Shown: positions 29,572 to 37,944 of the stretch, piece by piece
Numbering within the stretch: position 1 is the first letter of the stretch
How the letters are laid out: every line of letters starts with the position of its first letter
DNA from: an uncultured Acidobacteriota bacterium
Lineage (GTDB): Bacteria > Acidobacteriota > Thermoanaerobaculia > Multivoradales > JAHEKO01
DNA length: 64,000 nucleotides
Direction of reading: 5' to 3'
NCBI GenBank assembly: GCA_963713825.1
Contig: CAVQNG010000025.1
Span: 288,001-352,000 of the forward strand
The notes under the pieces: model-generated
Seen by the model: only the letters and a program-made list of their open reading frames with translations
The model's database searches: none
What the model was told of the DNA's origin: nothing
Translations under genes and position numbers: made by a program

Positions 29572-31611
29572 CTACCAGATTTCGGCTCTTTGCTCGGCCG
29601 GCAGTGCCATCGGGTCGCCTTCCTTGCAGCCAAAGGCGGCGGCAAACTCCGGCATGTTGGCCAGCGGTCCATTGACCCGGAACTTGGCGGGTGAGTGGGG
29701 ATCTGTGTTGACCTGTAGCTTGAGGGCTTCGGGGCGGTAGTTCTTACGCCACCCCTGAGCCCAACTCAGGAAAAACCGCTGTTCGGGTGTCAGTCCATCA
29801 ATCTCACCAGGGTTCTTGTCCGTCAGCGCTGATTGAAGCGCATGGTAGGCCATGGTCAGTCCGGCCAGATCACCGATGTTCTCGCCCAGAGTGAGCTCGC
29901 CGTTGACGTGCAGGTCGTCGACGGCCACGAAACCATTGAATTGATCGACCAGGATCTTCGTTCGCTCTTCGAAGTTCTGCCGATCGTTGTCGGTCCACCA
30001 GTTCTCCATGTTGCCCTGCGCATCGAACTGAGAGCCTTTGTCATCGAAGCCATGCATGAACTCATGGCCGATAACGCTACCCATCGCCCCGTAGTTGATG
30101 GCATCGTCCGCTGCGCCATCGAACATGGGTGGTTGCATGATGGCCGCCGGGAAGACGATCTCGTTCATCACCGGGCTGTAGTAGGCGTTGACGGTCTGCG
30201 GGGACATACCCCACTCGTTACGATCGATCGGTTGGCCGATCTTATTCAGGTTGCGGCGCATCTCGAAGGCGTTGGCGGCGCGGACATTGGCGACATAGCT
30301 CGTCCGCTCCACGTCCAGCTTCGAGTAGTCGCGCCACTCGTCGGGATACCCGATCTTGGCGGTGAAAGCCGCGAGTTTGGCCAGCGCCTGGGTCTTGGTC
30401 TCGTCGCTCATCCAGTCGAGAGCCTGAATCCGTGTCTCGACGGTCGATCGAAGATCCTCGATCATCTTGTCGGCTCGGGACTTGGTCTGCGATGGGAAGG
30501 CGCGTTCGACATAGACCTGGCCCAGGGCTTCGCCCAGGCTGGAGCTGGTGCGGGCGACGACTCTTTTCCATCGAGGCTGCAGCTCCTCGGTGCCCCGGAG
30601 GGTCTTGCCGTAGAACTCGAAGTCCTGATCGACGAACTTCTCCGACAGATACGGCGAGAAGTTGTTGATCAAGTTCCAGCGCAGGTAGGCCTTCCAGGTC
30701 TCGAGATCCGACTCGCTCATGAGAGCGTTCATCTCAGCGAAGAAATCGGGTTGAGCGTAGGAGAAGCTCTCCATTCCATCCAGGCCCAGACGCTCGAAAT
30801 AGCGGCTCCAGGAGAAGTTGGGAGTCGCCTCGTCGGCGGCTTTCAGGGTCTCGATGTTGTAGTAGTTGGCTGGGTCGCGAAGCTCGACATTGGTCAACGA
30901 AGCGTTGGCCAGACGCGTTTCCAGCTGCAGGATGTTGGCGGCTGCCGCATTCGCCTTCTCGGCGTCGGATCCCATGAGCTGAAGCATCGAAGAGACATGG
31001 GCAATATACTGCTGTCGCAACTCTGCCGACTCCTCGTCATCCCGGGTGTAGTAGTCGCGGTCGGGCAGGCCGAGGCCACCTTGAACGGCATAGTAGATGT
31101 ACTGTTCGCTGTTCTTCAGGTCCTGGAAAATCCCCTGATCGAAGAGGGCAGCGACTCCTTCGGCGTGAAGATCCCGCACTATGGCGGCGACATCATCGAC
31201 GCTTGCGATGGAGTCGACACGCTTCAAGTCGGCCTGCAAGGGGTCGAGCCCCTGGGCTTCGATCGCCTTGGTATCCATTCCGGTGTACCAGAAGTCGCCA
31301 ACCTTCTGCTGGTTGGTACCTTGTGGGGCATCGGCGGCGGCAGCTTCTTCCATGATCTGCCGCAGAAGGGCGAGATTGCGCTCATACATTTCGTGCGAAA
31401 TGCCCCACGAGCTGTACTCCTCGGGTATCGGATTGAGCGTTAGCCAAGTGCCATTGGCATACTGGTAGAAGTCGACGCAGGCATCGGCCGAGGTGTCCAT
31501 GTTGCGACGGTCGAGGCCGTGCTCGTTGGTCTTGTAGTCGCCAGCCATGGCGATAGTGGCAGCGATCCCTATGAGGATCGTCATACCGAGCACTAGTCTT
31601 GTCGTTGTCAT
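29572..31611 (-). CDS. M13 family metallopeptidase (neprilysin/PepO-like), secreted
   Basis: 'CVDFYQYANG', 'GGLGLPDRDYY', 'VNAYY', 'HEFMHGFD' (HExxH), 'GENIGD', 'DPHSP'; signal peptide. Confidence 0.95.
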   Translation of the reverse strand: MTTTRLVLGMTILIGIAATIAMAGDYKTNEHGLDRRNMDTSADACVDFYQYANGTWLTLNPIPEEYSSWGISHEMYERNLALLRQIMEEAAAADAPQGTNQQKVGDFWYTGMDTKAIEAQGLDPLQADLKRVDSIASVDDVAAIVRDLHAEGVAALFDQGIFQDLKNSEQYIYYAVQGGLGLPDRDYYTRDDEESAELRQQYIAHVSSMLQLMGSDAEKANAAAANILQLETRLANASLTNVELRDPANYYNIETLKAADEATPNFSWSRYFERLGLDGMESFSYAQPDFFAEMNALMSESDLETWKAYLRWNLINNFSPYLSEKFVDQDFEFYGKTLRGTEELQPRWKRVVARTSSSLGEALGQVYVERAFPSQTKSRADKMIEDLRSTVETRIQALDWMSDETKTQALAKLAAFTAKIGYPDEWRDYSKLDVERTSYVANVRAANAFEMRRNLNKIGQPIDRNEWGMSPQTVNAYYSPVMNEIVFPAAIMQPPMFDGAADDAINYGAMGSVIGHEFMHGFDDKGSQFDAQGNMENWWTDNDRQNFEERTKILVDQFNGFVAVDDLHVNGELTLGENIGDLAGLTMAYHALQSALTDKNPGEIDGLTPEQRFFLSWAQGWRKNYRPEALKLQVNTDPHSPAKFRVNGPLANMPEFAAAFGCKEGDPMALPAEQRAEIW

Positions 31612-31820
31612 GATCGGAAACTCCTGAGAACGGTTGATTGCGGCGACCCAGGCACTCTTGCTTTTGAGGCTGCCGACTGGGTCTCCCTCCTTGGGGGGCG
31701 GGGTAGCTTGTCTGTCCCGACCCCGCGTCGATGACACACACCTCTCCCGTCTTGGCCTTCTAATACGATCCGGAACGATCAAGGTTGCACTTTGTCATTG
31801 CCGCTCCTCGCTTCACTGGA

Positions 31821-32570
31821 CTACTTCGACATGTAGTTCCGGTAGATTGCCATCAGGTCCAGTGGGGCATGCAAGAAGTCTTGCGGACGCACCTTGCTGC
31901 CCGAGACATCCTGCCAGGACTGCAACGGGTACTCGAAGACCAGATCACCCAGGTGGCTCCAGGCTTCGGGACTCAGTGTCCGTTTGAGGCGTGCCAGGAT
32001 CTCGACGTCGAAGATCCAGCGGGTGATGAAGGCTTCCTCGAAAAGATCGCGCACGGTTGGGCAGGCTCGAAAGAGCTTGGCGCCGCACTGGGTGTCGTAG
32101 ACCGCGGCATCGAGCAATAGCGAGACTACTGTCGCGAACAAACGACCGGCATAGTGCCTGAAGGGATCGCGATCGACGTCGCGGCCGAGCATGCGCACCC
32201 GGGACCCGAAGACCATCAAGGTCTCGGGACGTTCTGCGAAGATATGGGCGAGCCTCGAGGTCGAATCCAGCGGTATCGCTAGATCCGCGTCCCAGAATCC
32301 GACCAGGGCAGCATCGGTGTCGAGAGCTTGTAGGATCCCCTGCCGCACAGCTTCCGCCTTGCCCTTGTTCTCGGGCAGCCGTAGGGACTCGCACCTTCCC
32401 GAAGAGCTTTCACAGAGTTGTTGAAGCACGTCGTGAGTCCCATCCTCACTGCCGTCATCGACGAACAGGAAACGGACATCGGTCTGGGTGTCGAGGAACT
32501 CCAGATAGGTCTCCGTTGGCAGGCGAGAGGCCTCGTTGAAGCAGGGAACCACGATCGTTGTCGACATCAT
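31821..32570 (-). CDS. GT2 polyprenol-phosphate glycosyltransferase (Alg5/DPM-synthase-like)
   Basis: 'IVVPCFNE', 'VDDGS', 'NKGKAEAV', 'WDADL', 'GSR', 'DTQCGAKLF', 'WIFDVEIL'. Confidence 0.88.
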   Translation of the reverse strand: MMSTTIVVPCFNEASRLPTETYLEFLDTQTDVRFLFVDDGSEDGTHDVLQQLCESSSGRCESLRLPENKGKAEAVRQGILQALDTDAALVGFWDADLAIPLDSTSRLAHIFAERPETLMVFGSRVRMLGRDVDRDPFRHYAGRLFATVVSLLLDAAVYDTQCGAKLFRACPTVRDLFEEAFITRWIFDVEILARLKRTLSPEAWSHLGDLVFEYPLQSWQDVSGSKVRPQDFLHAPLDLMAIYRNYMSK

Positions 32571-33406
32571 CGGTTGGCAGCTCCACCGGGGTTGTGCTCG
32601 AAATTCACAGAGGTCGGGCGATGGCGCGGAGCGATCCCGCCATCCTCGACCCGTAAGATCGCGATGAGGCTCGCACCGAAGCGGTAGCCAGTCGCCCTTC
32701 GACCCTCGAGACAGTCTTCGAGGACTTTCGATTCGCTTCCGAACAGCGAGGCGAGGAATCGATTGACAGAGCGGGGCGGCATCCGGAGGTCGGTGCCGCG
32801 ATCGCCGAAGGAGATGTGGCCGTAACGAGTCATGGCGCGGATCAACCGAATCGCCGGGTAGAGGCGCGTGTTGTAGTAGGAGACCAGGAGTGGAGTGACC
32901 GGCAAGTCCTGCCACAGAAGCTCCAGTTGACTGAGCTCATAGCGACGGTAGTGGCCCAGGACTTCGTCGTGACTGGACCACAGGGCATCCTTGGCGGGGA
33001 CCGTCAAGAGAACGTGTGCCCCTGCTTGGCAACGAGACAGGAGGGTCGACAGGAACAGGAAGTCATCGGGCACGTGTTCCAGGACATCGGTCAGCAGATA
33101 CAGTTTTGCCCCTTGGTCGAACTCGGGCGGCGCCTCTCCCAGCGCGCCTTGCCAGAATCGAACCTCGGGAAAGCGTTGCCGGGCCAGGGTGATGGCGTCA
33201 GGTGAAGTGTCGATGCCAGCGGTATCGTAGGTGTCGGCGAGGGCTCCGACATTGCCACCGGGCCCACAGCCTACGTCGACGATCAGGCTCTGCCCATCTG
33301 GGGGCAGCAGAGAGTCCAAGAGAGTCCTGACGATTTGGCGCTTGCCCAGGAACCACCAGTGCTGCTCCTCCATTCTGGAGTGAAGCTCTTGTTGATGGGC
33401 GTCCAT
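32567..33406 (-). CDS. Class I SAM-dependent methyltransferase (glycosylation-locus type)
   Basis: 'EEQHWWF', 'VDVGCGPG', 'DVLEHV', 'TVPA...WSSHDEVLGHYRRY'; ATGA-coupled to the GT2 gene. Confidence 0.88.
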   Translation of the reverse strand: MDAHQQELHSRMEEQHWWFLGKRQIVRTLLDSLLPPDGQSLIVDVGCGPGGNVGALADTYDTAGIDTSPDAITLARQRFPEVRFWQGALGEAPPEFDQGAKLYLLTDVLEHVPDDFLFLSTLLSRCQAGAHVLLTVPAKDALWSSHDEVLGHYRRYELSQLELLWQDLPVTPLLVSYYNTRLYPAIRLIRAMTRYGHISFGDRGTDLRMPPRSVNRFLASLFGSESKVLEDCLEGRRATGYRFGASLIAILRVEDGGIAPRHRPTSVNFEHNPGGAANR

Positions 33407-33553
33407 TCGGAGGTCCTGGTGGCGGTGGTGGCTGATCCGTAACCGTGCTTGGATCGAGTGGCGGCGAGACGTTGGATCCGGGCGGCGCCCTGCGGCCATT
33501 CTAGCGCGGCTAGTGTGTCGTGCCGTATGAAGGACCGCACGCGGCGCAGGCTG

Positions 33554-33605
33554 AAAACAAAACACCACCTGGTAGCGCACTCTCGAGGAGAGCTCCACCA
33601 GGTGG
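33554..33605 (-). terminator. Rho-independent terminator after the cytochrome c3 gene
   Basis: ccacctggt...accaggtgg stem with inner ctctc/gagag pairing, followed by TGTTTTGTTTT on the minus strand. Confidence 0.65.
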
Positions 33606-33635
33606 ACGTAGTCGATCTACTGTTTGGGCCTGGGT

Positions 33636-34031
33636 TCAGCCAGCTTTCGGGTGGCAGCCATCGCACTTCGTGGGTGCTGCCTCGGATCCAGATTCCTTGT
33701 GACAGGTGACGCAGGCGATGTGGTACGGGTTCTTCGACAGGCTCATCTGTGCGCAGTCGGGCGTCTCGCCTTCCGGGTCCTTGTGACAGGAAGCGCAGGA
33801 CGGTACATCCATGTCCGACCCCGCGGCAAGGCCGTCATTCGTGTGATGGCACGTCGTGCACTCGGTGAGCTCGAAATGTGCGGCGTGTGGAAATTCTACG
33901 GCCGACTTCTTGGCCATACAGCCGTCGATGGTCACATCCGTCGGCGCATCCTTGGCCGAAGCTGCGAGAGTTGGCATGGCGAAGACCAGGGCGGCGATCA
34001 CGATACCGATGGTTACGAGTGATTTGCGCAT
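33636..34031 (-). CDS. Periplasmic tetraheme class III cytochrome c (cytochrome c3 family)
   Basis: Signal peptide; four CxxCH motifs (CTTCH, CASCH, CVTCH, CDGCH); distal His in 'FPHAAH', 'CHH' and 'PYH'; RBS GGAGG. Confidence 0.9.
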   Translation of the reverse strand: MRKSLVTIGIVIAALVFAMPTLAASAKDAPTDVTIDGCMAKKSAVEFPHAAHFELTECTTCHHTNDGLAAGSDMDVPSCASCHKDPEGETPDCAQMSLSKNPYHIACVTCHKESGSEAAPTKCDGCHPKAG

Positions 34032-34175
34032 GAGCGTTCCCTCCTGAGGGGTTTGGTTGATCTCTCGGGGGCAGGTGCGTGCGCGGTAGCCACCCCCACC
34101 AACACTATCTCGGTCAACTCTATACCAGAATGAGTGCCAGCAGCGCGGTTGGCGCGGTCCGACTCGGGAGTAGGC

Positions 34176-35615
34176 CTAGGGAGCCGCTGCGGCGAGCGGT
34201 GCGTAGCTATCGGCAGAGACGAGGCGGCCCGGCATGTCGGCCAGAACGTAGCCCATGACCGCGAGCATGGCGACGGCTCGTTTGAAGTCCTGGGGGTCGA
34301 TCTTGTCCAGCGTATCGGCCTCGGTGTGGTGCCAGTCGAAGTAGTGCTCACCGACAGTTCTCAGTCCCAGACCAGGTACGCCCCCCTTGACCAGCGGGCC
34401 GATATCGGCGCCGCCACCGCCGCGAAAGATCTGCCCTGCATCGAGGCCTTCGAGCAGGCTGCCGATGGCCTCCAGATCCGCCAGGGCCGATTCGTAGATC
34501 GGGTCTCCCGAGTCGGGATTCACACCGGTCAGGCCGAAGCCGAACCCCAACGGGCGCTCGGCCCCACCATCCATCTCGATCGCTGCGACGTGGTTGTCGA
34601 TTCCCTCGCCGACCCATTCCCGGTATGCGGTGCCGCCAGCGAGGCCATTCTCCTCGTTGGTCCAGAGGACCACTCTCAGGGTGCGCTTGGGCTGCAGGCC
34701 GAGACGTTGGAGGATGCGCAAGGCCTGCCAGGCGGCGATGCAGCCAGCGCCATCGTCGTGGGCTCCCTGGCCGACATCCCAGGAATCGAAATGCCCACCC
34801 ATGACGACCACTTCTTCTGGAATCTGGCTGCCACGGATCTCGGCGACGACATTGGCGGACTCCGCGGCGGGAAGGGTCTTGGCTTCCATGTGGAGATCGA
34901 GTTTCAGCTCATGTCCCAAGTCGACGATCCGTTGCATCCACTCGGCGTCCTCGACAGTGATTGCCGCGGCCGGAATCTGGGGCGCGTCGTCCGAGTACCG
35001 AAGTGCCCCCGTGTGGGGTGAAGCGATGCTGCGACCTGTTGCCGAGCGGACCAGGACAGCGACTGCGCCCAGGGCGGCAGCGCGCGAGGCTCCGTCGCCA
35101 CGGTAGCGAACGGTCTTGCCATATCCCTCCCAGGGGACGGCGTAGACCACGATCTTGCCCTCCACCGCATCGCGACCGAGAGATTCGAGGTCTTCGAAGC
35201 TGTTCACCACCACCGCAGGAGCCTCGATCCCTTCGGCAGGAGTTCCAACGCTTCTGCCGAGGCCGAGAATCGCCAAGTCGCGTCGCATCGGGGCCACCAC
35301 CTGGGCACGCTCTTCACCGCGGACCCAATGTGGGACTTCAACCGGGTGATTCGAGACATCGTCGAAGCCTTCGGCTTGCATGGTCTGCGTGGCCCAAGCG
35401 ATGGCCTGTTCGAGTTGCTCGGAGCCCGACAACCGATGTCCGATCACGGTTGTCAGGTAGGTCAGCTTCTGCCAGCCTTCCTCGTCTGTCAGCGCCGCCC
35501 CGATGATGCGACCAGCATCCTCTCGATAGGCTGTTGTCAGCTGATCTTCGGATACAGCGGGTCGGACGGCGATCGTCAGAAGCAGGATGAGCTGCGAGAG
35601 AAGCTTTCGGCGCAC
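34176..35615 (-). CDS. M28 family peptidase (carboxypeptidase Q-like) with PA domain
   Basis: 'GHRLSGS', 'GGHFDSWD', 'AHDDGAG', 'NEENGL', 'EMDGG', 'YFDWHHT'; signal peptide. Confidence 0.9.
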   Translation of the reverse strand: MRRKLLSQLILLLTIAVRPAVSEDQLTTAYREDAGRIIGAALTDEEGWQKLTYLTTVIGHRLSGSEQLEQAIAWATQTMQAEGFDDVSNHPVEVPHWVRGEERAQVVAPMRRDLAILGLGRSVGTPAEGIEAPAVVVNSFEDLESLGRDAVEGKIVVYAVPWEGYGKTVRYRGDGASRAAALGAVAVLVRSATGRSIASPHTGALRYSDDAPQIPAAAITVEDAEWMQRIVDLGHELKLDLHMEAKTLPAAESANVVAEIRGSQIPEEVVVMGGHFDSWDVGQGAHDDGAGCIAAWQALRILQRLGLQPKRTLRVVLWTNEENGLAGGTAYREWVGEGIDNHVAAIEMDGGAERPLGFGFGLTGVNPDSGDPIYESALADLEAIGSLLEGLDAGQIFRGGGGADIGPLVKGGVPGLGLRTVGEHYFDWHHTEADTLDKIDPQDFKRAVAMLAVMGYVLADMPGRLVSADSYAPLAAAAP

Positions 35616-35700
35616 GATAGGGTCTCCTGGCGCGGGAGTGGACAGAGCAGAGCGACTTCGCGGCCCGAATCCTACAGCAAACACCCGAGAAGCGTGGCCT

Positions 35701-37572
35701 TTATGAAGCGGCGAAAATCATGGTGACCTCGATTACACCGGACGATGCTCTCGCCTCCACTTGACAGCCACTCTTTTTGAAAACGGCGAGCATTTTCTCG
35801 TTCTCGGTCAGCACATCGGCTGTGAAGCCGCGCAGGCCAAGAGTTCGTGCGTACGCTATGAGGCGCTCTTGCAGTACGGTTCCGAGTCCCTTGCCTTGCC
35901 AATCGGGATGAATCATGTACGCCACATCTGCCAGGTTGGTCGAGGGGTCGGTGTAGAAGCAGCCACTACCGACGATGATCTCTTCCTCCCGCTCTCCGAC
36001 GACGGCCGCGAACGCCATCTCGTTCTCGAAGTCGACGGTGCACAGATGCTGAGCCCGCTCAGCGGTCAAGGATTTCAGGTTGGTGAAGAAACGGGTGTAG
36101 ATATCTTCCGCTGTGAGGCTGTAGAAGAGCTTCTTCATGGCTGCCTCATCGGTGGCCCGAGTGGGGCGAAGAAGGATCTCAGATCCGTCCTTGAGGGTCG
36201 TGGTTCTCTCCTCCTCGGCAGGATAAGCTGATCGGCTCTTCAGTTTCTGAGTGGTGGACAGCAGGCCCTTCTCCTTTGCCGCCTCCAATAACCTTTCCCG
36301 GTAGTCGGGATGGGCGATCTCGATCAGGGCCAGAGCCCGCTCACGAATCGACTTGCCGAACAGGTAGGCGACACCGTATTCCGTGACGACAAAATGAACG
36401 TCGGACCGGGCGATGGTGGCGGCCTCACCCTCCTGCAAAGCCGCCCTGATGCGGGAGCTCTGGCTATTCTCGGCGGTCGACGTCAGGCAGATGATCGACT
36501 TGCCGCCGTCGGAAGCGGCCGCGCCCCGTATGAAGTCGGGCTGGGCCGACACCCCGCCGTAGAGCTCACCCTCGAATTGATCGGCGCAAACCTGGCCCGT
36601 GAGATCGATGGAGAAAGCCTGTGTCACAGAGACCATCTTGTGATTCGCGGCGATCGCCTCGAACTCGCAGACACTCTCGATGGATTGAAATTCGAAAGTC
36701 GGGTTGTCATCGACAAAGTCGTAGAGCCGTTTCGTTCCCATACAGTAGCTGGCTACGACTTTGCCCGGATGCAGGGTCTTCAGCCGGCCTGTGACGACAC
36801 CTTTGTCGATGAGGTCGGCCACGGGCTCCGTGATCACGTCGGAGTGAATGCCGAGATCTCGACGATTGTCGAGGTATTTCAGCATTTCGTTCGGAATCCG
36901 CCCGAGGCCGATCTGCAGCGTCGAGCCGTCGTCGATAATGCGTGCGATATAGCGCGCGATTCGCCGGGCGCGCTGTTCCGCCGCCGGATGCAGATACTCG
37001 ATCACTGGGCTGTCGACCACGACAAACCGATCGATCGAAGCGAGGGGAACTCGACTGTCTCCGCAGGTACGGGGCATGGCTGGATTGATCTCGGCGATGA
37101 TCTGTTTGGCTCGGCGCAAGGCGGCCGGTATCAAGTCCACCGAGACCCCCAGCGAGCACATGCCTTCCCCGTCGGGTGGGGAGACTTGAATCAGGGCCAC
37201 ATCGATAGGAATCCGGCCGATGTCGATGAGGTGGCGCACCTGGGACACGGAGATCGGCACGTAGTCCGTCTTGCCCTGTTTGACCATCTCGCGAGTATCG
37301 CTGCCGACGAAGAAGACCCGGTGACGGAACCGAGTGAATGGCTTGCCGTTGTAGACGGGAACGGCACCATCGGTCAGAGAGTGGATGAGCTCGAGATCGG
37401 ACCACGGTGCCGAGGCATCTTCGAGGGCTTCGATCAAAGTGCGCGGAGTCGCGCAAGCCGTTCCAACGAAAACATGGTCGCCCGAGTTGATTCCTTCGAG
37501 GGCCTGCTGCGCGGTGACGGCCTGGTCCGTCCAGGCACCGTTGCTCGATGGTTGGGTTGTCGGATCTATCAT
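35701..37572 (-). CDS. Acetyl-CoA hydrolase/transferase family domain fused to a C-terminal GNAT acetyltransferase
   Basis: 'DGSTLQIGLGRIP', 'IDLTGQV', 'GGVSAQPDF', 'VVTEYGVA', 'IAHPDYR'; GNAT 'HPDWQGKGLG...NEKML'. Confidence 0.9.
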   Translation of the reverse strand: MIDPTTQPSSNGAWTDQAVTAQQALEGINSGDHVFVGTACATPRTLIEALEDASAPWSDLELIHSLTDGAVPVYNGKPFTRFRHRVFFVGSDTREMVKQGKTDYVPISVSQVRHLIDIGRIPIDVALIQVSPPDGEGMCSLGVSVDLIPAALRRAKQIIAEINPAMPRTCGDSRVPLASIDRFVVVDSPVIEYLHPAAEQRARRIARYIARIIDDGSTLQIGLGRIPNEMLKYLDNRRDLGIHSDVITEPVADLIDKGVVTGRLKTLHPGKVVASYCMGTKRLYDFVDDNPTFEFQSIESVCEFEAIAANHKMVSVTQAFSIDLTGQVCADQFEGELYGGVSAQPDFIRGAAASDGGKSIICLTSTAENSQSSRIRAALQEGEAATIARSDVHFVVTEYGVAYLFGKSIRERALALIEIAHPDYRERLLEAAKEKGLLSTTQKLKSRSAYPAEEERTTTLKDGSEILLRPTRATDEAAMKKLFYSLTAEDIYTRFFTNLKSLTAERAQHLCTVDFENEMAFAAVVGEREEEIIVGSGCFYTDPSTNLADVAYMIHPDWQGKGLGTVLQERLIAYARTLGLRGFTADVLTENEKMLAVFKKSGCQVEARASSGVIEVTMIFAAS

Positions 37573-37944
37573 CTCGATTCTCCGTCTGTCGCCTTGAGTG
37601 GTACCGCCTCGTTGAACGTCGCCGCACCAGGGTCAATCCACTCTCGAACCTCGCCAAGCTGGAGCGCTATCTGAAGTCCCCTGGGAACCACTTCGGAACC
37701 GGACTCATGCCTGCCGCACAGCCATGCGAGTACACTCGGGTCGGTCAGCTCGACCCGGATACTGGCTGCCCTCGGAAGAGATTGTGCTGCCGGGTTTTGA
37801 CTGCGCGGGAGTGTAGCACCATAGCGGAGTACTACGCTGCCAAATCGACGATCACTTGCTACCGTGAAAAGGAGTGATGGCGCCTGCGCAGTCGTCGCAG
37901 GAGAGGCGAGAGCCAGCGGCGCCTGATGCGCCGGAGGGACGGCC

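Noticed and set aside
29833-31443. 536-aa plus-strand ORF
   Set aside because: Antisense to the clearly identified M13 peptidase.
32571-32915. Long N-terminal extension of the GT2 in the ORF track (similar extensions on several other ORFs)
   Set aside because: Overlaps the upstream methyltransferase; homology starts at the downstream ATG, so starts were trimmed.
36310-37674. 454-aa plus-strand ORF
   Set aside because: Antisense shadow of the CoA-transferase-GNAT gene.
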